Made by a program: the position numbers and the translations under genes. Source: an uncultured Chloroflexia bacterium (GTDB taxonomy: Bacteria > Chloroflexota > Anaerolineae > JAAEKA01). Taken from it: a stretch of DNA of 64,000 nucleotides. The notes below the pieces were generated by a model, which was not told the DNA's origin, did no database searches, and saw only the letters and a list, made by a program, of their open reading frames with translations. Numbering within the stretch: position 1 is the stretch's first letter; each line of letters starts with the position of its first letter. Below, one piece after another: positions 51,850-61,798 of the stretch. The DNA is taken from NCBI GenBank assembly GCA_963709505.1, contig CAVPXC010000033.1, positions 9,289-73,288 of the forward strand, read 5' to 3'.

Positions 51850-51954
51850 AGTTGAACGCCTTAGCGAAGCGTCCCGTGTTTCATAGAGGGGACGCTTCGC
51901 TAGGGCTTTGAGCGGTGCAAGGTGTCGATATGACCCGCTCAGCGTGACACGTGG
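51808..51954. mobile_element. MITE-like nested palindrome (24-bp perfect terminal inverted repeats, 14-bp inner hairpin)
   Basis: CCACGTGTCACGCTGAGCGGGTCA at 51808-51831 and its exact reverse complement at 51931-51954. Inner hairpin TAGCGAAGCGTCCC...GGGACGCTTCGCTA. The left arm encodes the last 14 codons of the upstream CDS. Confidence 0.6.
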
Positions 51955-52202
51955 CAACGACGGTGCGACTTTTGAACAGCCCTGGACACGTAGGAATGGC
52001 TGTTGCACGCTGGCGGTTTTTGCTGTACAATGCACCAATCAGTGGCTCCTCAGCCAAACGTGGCGCGCTCCCTCGAAATCATCAGCATAGACGCCATGTT
52101 CAACGTTTACCCCGGTGTGCCGCCGGCTGTTTCGTCCTTTTGATTGCGTCGCGTTCCGTACCCGCGCCAGGCAACTGGCAGTCCACTCCCGAGTGACCCC
52201 CT

Positions 52203-53534
52203 ATGTCCGATACGCTGGTCGACGATGCCCGGCAGCGGGCGACTGATATTCTTCATCGCTGCGCGACCCCGCACGGCTTTCGTGCCTCCGCGCTGGCAGC
52301 CGGCTACCCGCAGATTTGGGCGCGCGACAGCATGATCGTCTTCCTGGGCGCGGCAGCCACCGGCGAGCCGGCCCTCCTCGCCGCCGGAAAAGCCTCGCTG
52401 GAGATCATGAGCCGGCACCAATCCCTGCGCGGGATGATCCAGCTCAACGTCAACCCTGACACCGGCTACGTTAGCACGGAGAACGCCGGCTCGGTCGACG
52501 GCAACCTGTGGTACCTGCTGGGCCATTATCTGCACCTGCAATTGACCGGCGACGTTGAGTTCATGGCCAGGCACTGGCGCACCATCGACCGGGCGATGAC
52601 CTGGCTCGAATACCAGGACATGAACGAGTGCGGGCTGCTTGAGGTGCCAGAGGCGGGCGACTGGATGGACCTGCTGGCGGTGCGCTACAACGTCTTGTAC
52701 GACAACGTGCTCTATTACGCCGCGACGCTGGCCTATCAAATCATGTGCCGCCAATTGCCTGAGGGCATACTCTGCCACCAACTCCCTGTGAATCCGTTGG
52801 GCATCCACGAACGGCTCAATCTGCTGATGTGGATCGACCGCTGTTGGGTGGCCGAACACTTTGCCGAACACCTGGACAAGCTCAAGTCCATCCGCCTGGA
52901 ATGGTTCATGCTCTATCACAACATGGGCACGATCTCGAGCCGGCCATACTACCTTCCCTGGGTGGCATTTCGCGAATACGGCGACTGGTGCGACAGCCTT
53001 GGCAATTTGCTGGCGATTCTGACCGGCGTCGCCGATCGCCATCGAGCCGAGCACATCCTGCGCTACATGCATCAGGTAGGCATGGCCGAGCCTTACCCCA
53101 CCAAGGCCATCCACCCGCCCATCTACCCAAACGAGGCCAACTGGCGCGAGTATTACCGCAGCCGCAACCTCAACTTGCCGCATCAGTATCACAACGGCGG
53201 CATCTGGCCGATGATTGGCGGGTTCCACGTCGCGGCGCTGGTGCGTCACGGCTGGACCAGCGAGGCCGAGCGCCTGCTGCACTCCCTGGCCGACGCTAAC
53301 CGCCAGGGCATGTATCAAGACTGGGAGTTCACCGAGTGGATGCACGGCGAGAGCGGCCATCCGATGGGCTTCGGCCAGCAAGGCTGGTCGGCAGCCATGT
53401 TCCTCTACGCCGAGAACGCCGCACGCACCGGTAAGCTGCCGTTGTTCGACGATCTGCTGGCCGCCAAACCCTCGGCGGCCGTCGCGGCCGAGGTGAACGA
53501 GGTCTACGATCACGCCGGTGGGGGGCCGGCTTAG
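52203..53534 (+). CDS. (alpha/alpha)6-barrel glycoside hydrolase (GH100 invertase / GDE_C-like)
   Basis: GYPQIWARDS, GDWMD and a NGGIWP-type pattern. Next to the sugar ABC genes. The family call is approximate. Confidence 0.55.
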   Translation: MSDTLVDDARQRATDILHRCATPHGFRASALAAGYPQIWARDSMIVFLGAAATGEPALLAAGKASLEIMSRHQSLRGMIQLNVNPDTGYVSTENAGSVDGNLWYLLGHYLHLQLTGDVEFMARHWRTIDRAMTWLEYQDMNECGLLEVPEAGDWMDLLAVRYNVLYDNVLYYAATLAYQIMCRQLPEGILCHQLPVNPLGIHERLNLLMWIDRCWVAEHFAEHLDKLKSIRLEWFMLYHNMGTISSRPYYLPWVAFREYGDWCDSLGNLLAILTGVADRHRAEHILRYMHQVGMAEPYPTKAIHPPIYPNEANWREYYRSRNLNLPHQYHNGGIWPMIGGFHVAALVRHGWTSEAERLLHSLADANRQGMYQDWEFTEWMHGESGHPMGFGQQGWSAAMFLYAENAARTGKLPLFDDLLAAKPSAAVAAEVNEVYDHAGGGPA

Positions 53535-53539
53535 TGAGA

Positions 53540-53623
53540 TAGTGCGGTAGTGCGGTAGTGCGGTAGTGCGGTAGTGCGGTAGTGCGATCGTCGTGCCGTC
53601 ATTCCCGCTTTTGCGGGAATGAC
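53540..53623. repeat. Octamer array (TAGTGCGG, about 6 copies) followed by the GTCATTCCCGC-tttt-GCGGGAATGAC hairpin
   Basis: Read directly from the sequence. Confidence 0.9.
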
Positions 53624-53791
53624 GGCGGGAGTGACGATGCTTTAGCAATGGGTATCCCCTGGTCCTGCCGGCTGCACTGACACCCAAACAGGCGCCATGT
53701 CAAAGCTGGTCAGAACCCAGGTTTATTGTGTCGATGAAGTGTGACCACCGGTTCGCACACGAAATCCGTCAAACTCGAAGGAGGAGTCGCT

Positions 53792-55159
53792 ATGAGAAGC
53801 AAGCATCTGTTCCTCGTTTTTAGTCTCTTGATGGTGGCCGTGTTGGCGCTGAGCGCCTGCGCGCCACCGGCCACGCCAACGCCGCCGGCCGAAGCTCCTG
53901 CCGCCCCGGCCGAGCAACCTACCGAAGCCGCTGCCGCCCCCGCCGAGCCCGTCACGATCACCTGGGCCTTCTGGGGCAGCCCAGAAGAAGCCGCCAGCCA
54001 CAAGATCGTCGCCGATGCCTTCATGGCAGAGCACCCAGAGATCACCATCGAGCTCTGGAACCAGCCCTGGGATGATTATTTCACCAAGATCCAGGCGCTG
54101 TGGGCGAGTGGCGACGCGAAGACGATCCCGGATGTGGCCTTCCTGTGGCCAACGCCCAAATACGCGGCCGAGGGCGTGCTTGAAAACCTGGACTCTTACA
54201 TCCAGAAATCCGGCTACGACCTGAACGACTACTGGCCAGGCCTGTTGGAGTCGGCCAAGTATAACGGCAGCGTCTACGGCTTTCCACGCGATATCGACGT
54301 GGGCATCCTCTATTACAACAAGGACCTCTTCGACAAAGCCGGCGTCGCGTATCCCACCGATAGCTGGACCTGGAAAGACCTGCTTGCGGCCGCCGAGAAG
54401 CTGACCATCAAGGATGCCAGCGGCAACGTCACCCAGTACGCGCTGGCGATGGAGAACAACAGCAAATACGACAAGTGGGTCAACCAGAACGGCGGCGCGA
54501 TCCTGGACGATTATGTCAATCCGTCTAAGTGCATGCTCGCCGACCCCAAGTCGGTCGAGGCTGTCAAATTCTTCGCCGACATGATGGCCAACGGCAATGC
54601 CATGCGCGACGCCGACCTCAGCCAGGCTGGCGGCGATGCATCCGTGTTCCCGGCTGGCCAGGCGGCGATGATCATGCAGAACACCAGCCGTATATCGGGC
54701 TTCAACAAGGCCGGCCTGAAGTATGACGTCGTGCCGGTGCCGATCCCTGAGGGTGGTAAGCGCTTCAACCCTGCGGGCGGTGCGGCCTGGGTGATGAGCG
54801 CCAAGAGCGACAACAAAGATGCCGCCTGGACCTTCATCGAGTGGCTGCAGAGCACGAACGGTGGTGAGAAGATCTACACCGAGCGCGGCGAGATCTTCCC
54901 GGCGCTGCAGTCCGTCGCCAACTCGCCGGCGTTTATGACCGATCAGCCGCCTGCCAACAAGCAGGGGATCATTACCGAGGCCAAAGCCTCCGGCGTCGGC
55001 GGCTTCGGCTACTTCCCCGAGTGGGGCGAGCTGCAAAGCTCCGTTATCAACCCCGGGTTGGACCAAATCTGGACCGGTGCGGTGACGCCCGAACAAGGTC
55101 TGGCCGACCTGTGCAAGCAGGTGGATCAGTTCTTGAAGGATAACGGCTATCCGAAGTAG
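53792..55159 (+). CDS. ABC transporter sugar-binding lipoprotein (SBP family 1)
   Basis: GGAGGA RBS. Lipobox LSAC. Ala/Pro-rich linker. ITWAFWGSPEE. Confidence 0.85.
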   Translation: MRSKHLFLVFSLLMVAVLALSACAPPATPTPPAEAPAAPAEQPTEAAAAPAEPVTITWAFWGSPEEAASHKIVADAFMAEHPEITIELWNQPWDDYFTKIQALWASGDAKTIPDVAFLWPTPKYAAEGVLENLDSYIQKSGYDLNDYWPGLLESAKYNGSVYGFPRDIDVGILYYNKDLFDKAGVAYPTDSWTWKDLLAAAEKLTIKDASGNVTQYALAMENNSKYDKWVNQNGGAILDDYVNPSKCMLADPKSVEAVKFFADMMANGNAMRDADLSQAGGDASVFPAGQAAMIMQNTSRISGFNKAGLKYDVVPVPIPEGGKRFNPAGGAAWVMSAKSDNKDAAWTFIEWLQSTNGGEKIYTERGEIFPALQSVANSPAFMTDQPPANKQGIITEAKASGVGGFGYFPEWGELQSSVINPGLDQIWTGAVTPEQGLADLCKQVDQFLKDNGYPK

Positions 55160-55164
55160 GCCGA

Positions 55165-55272
55165 GAATTGTCAATTGTGAATGGTCAATTGTCAATTGCT
55201 AATTGACCTTTGACCATTCACAACGACTTTTCTCATTGACAATTCACAATTCCCAATTCACAATTGACAATT
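55165..55272. repeat. Inverted heptamer arrays (AATTGTC / GACAATT family)
   Basis: Same family as 4145-4247. Confidence 0.9.
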
Positions 55273-55283
55273 CTTCCCCCTCC

Positions 55284-56234
55284 GTGAACCACCAACCTCT
55301 TAACCGCCCCCTTCCTACCACGCGGCGCCGCAACCCCTTCCGCTGGCGGCCTGACCAGCAGTGGGAGGGGTATTTGTTTATCCTGCCGAGCTTGCTGGGC
55401 TTTGGCGTCTTCGTCTTTCTCGCGGTTGTAGCCTCGTTTGGGATCAGCTTTTTGGACTGGGGGTTAACCGGGCCGAGGGGCTTTGTGGCCATTGATAACT
55501 ACCGCCAGCTGCTGCGCGATCCCGTGTTTTGGAAGGCGTTCCGCAACACCGCCTTCTACATCATCACGATCGTGCCTTTGCAGCTTGCGCTTGGCTTGGC
55601 CATCGCCGTGGCGCTCAACCAGGCGATCCGGGCGCGCAGCGCCTTCCGCATGATCTATTTCTTGCCCGTGGTGACCACAATCGTCGCCGGCGCGATCGTT
55701 TTTCGCCTGATCCTCGCCAAAAACGGTCCGCTGGCCAACCTGGTCGGAGATGTCGGCGGCCTGCTCGGTCTGCCGCTCCGCCTGCCCGATCTGTTAGGCA
55801 GCACCACGTACTCCAAGTGGTCGGTCGTGCTGTTGACGCTGTGGAAGAACACGGGCTTTACGATGGTGGTCTATTTGGCCGCGCTGCAAGGCGTACCGCA
55901 GGAGCTGTACGACGCGGCCCACGTCGACGGCGCCGGCTCCTGGCAGCGCTTCCGCAACGTGACGTGGCCGATGATCACCCCGACGACTTTCTTCCTCGTC
56001 ATTCTGCAGACCATCGGCGCGTTCCAGCTCTTCACCGAACCCTTCGTGATGACCCGCGGCGGCCCCGCGCAGTCGTCCATGCCGGTCGTCCAGTACATCT
56101 ACGACAACGCCTTCCGCTTCACGCGCATGGGTAAAGCTTCGGCGATCGCCTGGTTCCTTTTCATCTTCATTTTCGGCTTTACACTCGTGCAAAACGTGAT
56201 GCAGCGGCGGTGGGTGCATTATGAGACGGAGTAG
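55284..56234 (+). CDS. ABC sugar transporter permease (MalF/BPD_transp_1 type)
   Basis: GTG 55284 lies just after the repeat (the ATG at 55203 lies inside the repeat). EAA-like loop DAAHVDGAGSWQRFRNVTWP. Confidence 0.8.
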   Translation: MNHQPLNRPLPTTRRRNPFRWRPDQQWEGYLFILPSLLGFGVFVFLAVVASFGISFLDWGLTGPRGFVAIDNYRQLLRDPVFWKAFRNTAFYIITIVPLQLALGLAIAVALNQAIRARSAFRMIYFLPVVTTIVAGAIVFRLILAKNGPLANLVGDVGGLLGLPLRLPDLLGSTTYSKWSVVLLTLWKNTGFTMVVYLAALQGVPQELYDAAHVDGAGSWQRFRNVTWPMITPTTFFLVILQTIGAFQLFTEPFVMTRGGPAQSSMPVVQYIYDNAFRFTRMGKASAIAWFLFIFIFGFTLVQNVMQRRWVHYETE

Positions 56235-56235
56235 A

Positions 56236-56362
56236 TGACTGGGTGACTGGGTGACTGGGTGAAGGGTTTTCCTTTCGGTCCTTTGTCACCAGTCACCCTG
56301 TCACCCTGTCCCCTGACGACCCAGTCGACCCTAGTCACCCAATCACCCAGTCACCCAGTCAC
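56236..56362. repeat. Inverted octamer arrays (GGGTGACT / AGTCACCC)
   Basis: Read directly from the sequence. Confidence 0.9.
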
Positions 56363-56372
56363 GATCACAATC

Positions 56373-57222
56373 ATGGAAACATCCGCACCACGGTCCACAG
56401 GCCGGCTGAGCTCGCCAACTCGCTACGCCCTCTATGCCGCTTTGATCCTGGGTAGCTTGATCATGCTGGCGCCGTTCTTGATCATGCTCGTGGTGTCGCT
56501 CTTTCCCAACGAGGCGTTTTTGGCGCGACGTTTTCCGTTGGACCAGCTCACGCTGGCCAACTACGCCGAGACATTCCGCGTGGTCCCCTTTAGCCGCTAT
56601 TTTCTGAACAGCACGATTGTGACGGTCTCGGTGACCGTGCTGCAGATCCTGATCTCCTCGCTGGCGGCCTTTGCCTTTGCACGGCTGCGCTTTCGCGGGC
56701 GCGAGGCGCTGTTTCTTGCTCTACCTGGCGACCTTGATGATCCCGGCGCAGGTGACGTTGATCCCCAATTTTCTCATCATCAGAAACTTGCGCTGGTACG
56801 ACACCTACATGGCGCTGATCGTCCCCGGGCTGTTCAGCGCGCTGAGCACATTCCTGCTGCGCCAATACTACCGCGGCATCCCGCTGGACCTGGACGAGGC
56901 CGCGCGCATGGATGGCGCGTCAAGCTTCCGCATCTGGCTGCAGGTGATCGTGCCGTTGAGCTGGCCTGTCATGGCCGCGCTGGCCATTTTCACCTTCCAG
57001 GCCACCTGGAACGACTTCCTGTGGCCGCTGGTCGTCACCGGCTCCGACGAGATGCGCACGATCCCTATTGGCCTGTCCTATTTCGTGGGACAGTACGGCA
57101 CCTCCTGGAATCTGCTGATGGCCGGCTCGGTGATCGCACTGCTCCCCGTGCTGGTGATCTACCTGCTGGCGCAGAAGACCTTCGTCCAAGGCATCACGCT
57201 CACCGGCATGGGCGGACGGTAA
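56373..57222 (+). pseudogene. ABC sugar transporter permease (MalG type) with an apparent +1 frameshift
   Basis: ...FARLRFRGREALF (frame 56259) joins LLYLATLMIPAQVTLIPNF...DEAARMDGASSFRIW (frame 56671). The shift is at about 56712. Confidence 0.75.
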
Positions 57223-57472
57223 GTGACTACCGCTCACATCGCCAACTCCAAAATCAGGTGTCCGGCTGTGGAGAGGTCCGATTGTAAGAAATGCGGTAGT
57301 CGACATCCTGCGCACCCTTGCGGAATATTCCTTACTTTTTGGCTCGTCGAGGAATGCTATCATGGACTTTGTTAAGTTTAGTGCCTAAATAAACGTGACA
57401 GGTGCTAGACAGACCAGGCTATGCCAGAGATGCATTCTGGCCTCACCCCTTACAGTATGAAAGGAACCGACG

Positions 57473-58405
57473 ATGCGACGACTTATTGTGCTTCTGACTG
57501 CTTTTGCGATCCTGTTGACAATCCTGGCTCCGGCGGCACTGGCTGCCCCAGGCCAGGCCTTCCCCAAGATCCTCCCGCTGCCTGACGGCTTTGCGCCGGA
57601 GGGTGTGGCGGTGGGCCGCGGCACCACTTTCTACGTAGGCTCTCTGGCCGGCGGCGCCGTCTACCGTGGCGACTTGCGCACGGGCGAGGGCGCGGTGTTC
57701 GTGCAGCCCCAGGCAGGCCGGGCGATTGCCGGCATCTATGTCGATCAGCGATCAAATGCGCTCTTCGCGTCTGGTACACAGTCCGGCAATGCGTATGTTT
57801 TTGACGCACAGACAGGCGCCGAACTGGCTTCATACCAGCTCACTACGGCGAGTTCCAAGTTCATCAACGACGTGATCGTTACCGGTGACGCTGCGTATTT
57901 CACCAACTCTTTTGCCGCCGAGATCTACCGGGTGCCGCTAGGGCCAGGCGGCAGCCTGCCGAATCAATCTGCCGTGCAGACCATTCCCCTGGGCGATGAT
58001 TGGGTGCAGAATCCTGGCACTGGCTTCAACGCCAATGGTATCGAGGCCACTGCGGACGGCCGCTGGCTGTTTATCGTCAATTCAAGCCGCGGCGAACTCT
58101 ATCGGGTCGATCCGCAGACCGGCAGCGCGAGTCTGGTCGACCTCGGCGGCGCCAGCCTGACCAACGGTGACGGCATCCGGCTGCAGGGAAAGACCTTGCA
58201 CGTCGTTCGCAATCGGTTGAACCAGATTGCTGTGCTCAAGCTTGCACCTGATTATGCCTCCGGCACGGTCGAGCGCACCATCACCGATCCGGCCTTCGAA
58301 GTACCGACTACCGTGGCTCTGTTTGGCTCCCGGCTGTATGCCGTCAACGCCCGCTTTGGTATGCCGCCTGGATCGTTTGAAGTCGTGCAGGTACCGAGAA
58401 ACTGA
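57473..58405 (+). CDS. Secreted beta-propeller protein (SMP-30/gluconolactonase/LRE-like)
   Basis: Signal peptide plus repeated blade-like segments. Assignment is by general resemblance only. Confidence 0.45.
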   Translation: MRRLIVLLTAFAILLTILAPAALAAPGQAFPKILPLPDGFAPEGVAVGRGTTFYVGSLAGGAVYRGDLRTGEGAVFVQPQAGRAIAGIYVDQRSNALFASGTQSGNAYVFDAQTGAELASYQLTTASSKFINDVIVTGDAAYFTNSFAAEIYRVPLGPGGSLPNQSAVQTIPLGDDWVQNPGTGFNANGIEATADGRWLFIVNSSRGELYRVDPQTGSASLVDLGGASLTNGDGIRLQGKTLHVVRNRLNQIAVLKLAPDYASGTVERTITDPAFEVPTTVALFGSRLYAVNARFGMPPGSFEVVQVPRN

Positions 58406-58542
58406 GGAATTGGCTGTCAACAGACCAATTCGCACGAGTGAAGGTTCGATCAAAAAGCCCCTGGCTATCTGGCCGGGGGCTTTTCATTTACTTCCCCTGA
58501 GGCCGTCGAAAGGGTCTGTCCCCAACGCGGATGCACTCGGCT

Positions 58543-58571
58543 GCCGAGAATGTTGACACACGTTACGATGT
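58543..58571 (+). promoter_or_regulatory. Candidate sigma-70-type promoter of the TA / hsdR operon
   Basis: TTGACA, a 17-nt spacer, then TATGAT, 42 nt upstream of ATG 58613. The spacer holds ACACA-N8-TGTGT. Confidence 0.5.
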
Positions 58572-58612
58572 GTTATATGATATCTCTGGAAACATCATTG
58601 GCGAGGTGAACC

Positions 58613-59014
58613 ATGTCACGCTATCCCCTGAACCTACCTCAACAGCTAAAACAGGAAGCAGAAGCCTGGGCGCAGAAGCAGGGCGTTTCGCTCAACCAGT
58701 TCATTCTCTGGGCCACGGCCGAGAAGATCGGCGCGCTCAACCAGCAGTTGGATGATCCACGCTTCCCGCAGGTGACCTATCGTCGCGGCGCCAGTGGTGT
58801 CCCGACGCCGGTATTGCGGGGAACCGGCATCCGTGTCCAGGCTGCTGCGATTGCCAGCGAACAGTGGGGCATGTCGCCGGCTGAAATCGCCGACGAATAC
58901 GGCCTGGCAGTCAAGCAGATCGAAGAGGCGCTGGCCTTTGCCCGCACCCATCGCCAGGAAATCGAGACCCACCTGACCATGGAAGCGCGTATGAGCGAAG
59001 AGGCGCATGGCTAA
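58613..59014 (+). CDS. Antitoxin-like protein: HicB/RHH-like N-terminus fused to DUF433
   Basis: LNLPQQLKQEAEAWAQKQGVSLNQFILWA, then PVLRGTGIRVQAAAI...SPAEIADEYGL..QIEEALAFA. Confidence 0.65.
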   Translation: MSRYPLNLPQQLKQEAEAWAQKQGVSLNQFILWATAEKIGALNQQLDDPRFPQVTYRRGASGVPTPVLRGTGIRVQAAAIASEQWGMSPAEIADEYGLAVKQIEEALAFARTHRQEIETHLTMEARMSEEAHG

Positions 59015-59384
59015 GCCCCGGCTTCACCTCGACGCCGACGCGTCGTACCGCACGTTACAGAGAGTGTTGACGGAGCGGGGACACGACGTCACACGCACGC
59101 CCTGCGAGTGGATGCCGTTGGATGCCAGCGACGAGCAGCAACTGCTGGGCGCTACCGCGCAGGGACGTTGCATCGTCACGTTCAATATCGCCGATTTCAT
59201 GCGACTTGCCCTGAAACATCCCGGGCACGGCGGCATCGTGGTGGCCAACCAGAGGGATTGGACACTCTCGGATTTGATTGCAGCCCTCGACAACCTCCTG
59301 ACAGCCACCACCGCTGCGGACTGGCCCGCCCAAGTGCGCTGGCTCAACCAGATGGCGCAAGTGATCTTGTCAATGACATCATGA
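59007..59384 (+). CDS. DUF5615 (Mut7-C/PIN-like) putative toxin
   Basis: Overlaps the antitoxin by 8 nt. LTERGHDV...ASDEQQLLGATAQGRCIVTFNIADF. Confidence 0.6.
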   Translation: MAKPRLHLDADASYRTLQRVLTERGHDVTRTPCEWMPLDASDEQQLLGATAQGRCIVTFNIADFMRLALKHPGHGGIVVANQRDWTLSDLIAALDNLLTATTAADWPAQVRWLNQMAQVILSMTS

Positions 59385-61765
59385 CCAAGAAACAGCTTTC
59401 CGAGCAGGAAATCCGCACCCGCTTCGTTACGCCAGCAATCCAGAACGCCGGGTGGAAGCCTCAGCAGATCCGGGAGGAGGTTACGTTCACGGCGGGCAGG
59501 ATCATCGTCCGCGGCACCATGTCGATGCGCAGCAAAGATGGACGCAAGCGCGTCGATTACATCCTACACTACAAGCCCAACATCCCCTTGGCTCTTGTCG
59601 AAGCGAAGGACAACAACCACGCGATGAGTGCAGGGATGGACCAGGTGCTGGAGTACGCCGAGGCGATGGACGTCCCCTTTGTCTACACGTCCAACGGCGA
59701 TGGCTTCATGGAGCACGACCGGACGGTTCTCGACGGCCCGGTGGAACGTGAACTGACCCTATCGGAGTTTCCCGGTCCTGAAGAACTCTGGCAGCGCTGG
59801 GTCAGTCGCAAGGGAATGACGCCGGACGTCGTCGACGTCGTAGAGCAAGATTACTACTTCGATCGTTCAGGGCGGGAGCCCCGTTACTACCAACTGGTGG
59901 CCATCAATCGCACCGTCGAAGCCATCGCACGCGGTCAGCAGCGCGTTCTGCTGGTCATGGCCACCGGCACCGGTAAGACCTACACCGCCTTTCACATCAT
60001 CTGGCGCTTGTGGAAAGCACGCACGGTCAAGCGTGTGCTGTTTCTGGCCGATCGCAACATCCTGATCGACCAGACCATGACCAACGATTTCAAGCATTTC
60101 GGCGACACCATGACCAAGATCACCGGCCGGCAGGTGGATAAATCCTACGAGATCTACCTGGCGCTGTATCAGGGCATCTCGGGCACCGAGGAGTGGCAAA
60201 ACGCCTACCGCCAGTTCTCGCCGGAGTTCTTCGATCTGATCGTCGTCGACGAGTGCCATCGCGGCAGCGCGGCCGAGGACTCGGCGTGGCGCGAGGTGTT
60301 GGAGTATTTCTCGTCCGCAGTTCAGGTCGGTCTGACAGCCACGCCCAAGGAAACCGAAGACGTCTCCAACATCGACTACTTCGGCGAGCCGATCTACACC
60401 TATTCGCTTCGCCAAGGCATCGAGGACGGCTTCCTGGCGCCCTACAAGGTGATTCGCATCGATCTGGACAAGGACGTGGACGGCTGGCGCCCCCGGGCCG
60501 GCGAGCTCGACCGCTACGGCACACCCATTCCGGATGAGCTGTACACCTCGCGGGACTTCGACCGCACACTGGTGCTGGACGAGCGCACCAAGGTGGTCGC
60601 CTGGCGGGTCAGCGAATATCTCAGGCAGATGGGCCGGTATCGCAAGACCATCATCTTCTGCGAGGACATCGAACACGCCGAGCGGATGCGCCACGCCATC
60701 GCCAACCAGAACGGCGACCTGGTCAACGAAAACCGCCGTTACGTGATGCGGATCACCGGCGACAACCCGGTTGGCAAGGCGGAGCTGGACAACTTCATCA
60801 GCCCGGAAGAGCGATACCCGGTGATCGCGACCACGTCCAAGCTGCTCAACACCGGCGTCGATACCCAGACGTGCCATTTGATCGTCCTGGACCGCACCAT
60901 CAACTCGATGACCGAGTTCAAGCAGATCATCGGCCGCGGCACGCGTATCCGGGAGGATTTTGGCAAGACCTACTTCACCATCATGGACTTCCGCAACGTC
61001 ACCCGTCTGTTTGCCGATCCGGACTTCGACGGCGATCCGGTGCAGATCTACGAGCCGGGCCCGCACGATCCGACCGTTCCGCCGGAGGGTGAGCCTGGCG
61101 ACGGTCAGGACGCAGGCGACTTGCTGCCGCCGGACCTTCGACAGCAGGCAGGCGTCCGCATTGCCGAGCGACCGGAGCGGCGCGAGAAGTACTACGTCGA
61201 CGCCGTGGAGGTCACGATTCTGGCCGAGCGCGTCCAGTACCTGGATCGAGCGGGCAACTTGCAGACCGTCTCGTTCCGCGACTTCAGCCGTGAGAACCTG
61301 CGGGCGCAGTTTGCCTCGCTGGACGACTTTCTCAAACGTTGGAGCGCGGCCGAGCGCAAGGAGGCCATTCTGGAGGAGCTGGTCGAGCAGGGCTTTCTGC
61401 TGGAGCAATTGCAGGCTCAGACCACCGCCGACCTGGATCCCTTCGACCTGATCTGCACCATCGCCTTCGACCGCCCGCCGCTGACGCGCAGCCAACGAGC
61501 CAAAAGCGCGGCCAAGAGCGCCGTCTTCGACCAATACGGCGGCCTGGCCCGGCGGACGCTGGAGGCGCTGCTGGACAAATACGCCGACCAAGGGATCGCC
61601 ACCATCGAAGAGGCCCGGAACGAAGCCAAGGTAGCGGAAGTTCTGCAACTGCCGCCGATCAACCAGATCGGCCGGCCGGTGCAGATTCTCAATTCCTTTG
61701 GCAGCAAGACGAAGTACCTTCAGGCTGTGCGCGAGTTGGAGCAAGAGATCTACCGCGCGGCCTGA
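59381..61765 (+). CDS. hsdR: Type I restriction enzyme R subunit
   Basis: ATG 59381 overlaps the toxin stop (ATGA). N-terminal nuclease LVEAKD, helicase motifs MATGTGKT, DECHRGS, TATP, and QIIGRGTR. Confidence 0.9.
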   Translation: MTKKQLSEQEIRTRFVTPAIQNAGWKPQQIREEVTFTAGRIIVRGTMSMRSKDGRKRVDYILHYKPNIPLALVEAKDNNHAMSAGMDQVLEYAEAMDVPFVYTSNGDGFMEHDRTVLDGPVERELTLSEFPGPEELWQRWVSRKGMTPDVVDVVEQDYYFDRSGREPRYYQLVAINRTVEAIARGQQRVLLVMATGTGKTYTAFHIIWRLWKARTVKRVLFLADRNILIDQTMTNDFKHFGDTMTKITGRQVDKSYEIYLALYQGISGTEEWQNAYRQFSPEFFDLIVVDECHRGSAAEDSAWREVLEYFSSAVQVGLTATPKETEDVSNIDYFGEPIYTYSLRQGIEDGFLAPYKVIRIDLDKDVDGWRPRAGELDRYGTPIPDELYTSRDFDRTLVLDERTKVVAWRVSEYLRQMGRYRKTIIFCEDIEHAERMRHAIANQNGDLVNENRRYVMRITGDNPVGKAELDNFISPEERYPVIATTSKLLNTGVDTQTCHLIVLDRTINSMTEFKQIIGRGTRIREDFGKTYFTIMDFRNVTRLFADPDFDGDPVQIYEPGPHDPTVPPEGEPGDGQDAGDLLPPDLRQQAGVRIAERPERREKYYVDAVEVTILAERVQYLDRAGNLQTVSFRDFSRENLRAQFASLDDFLKRWSAAERKEAILEELVEQGFLLEQLQAQTTADLDPFDLICTIAFDRPPLTRSQRAKSAAKSAVFDQYGGLARRTLEALLDKYADQGIATIEEARNEAKVAEVLQLPPINQIGRPVQILNSFGSKTKYLQAVRELEQEIYRAA

Positions 61766-61798
61766 AGAAAAGAAAAAACGAAGATATTCCATGCACCG

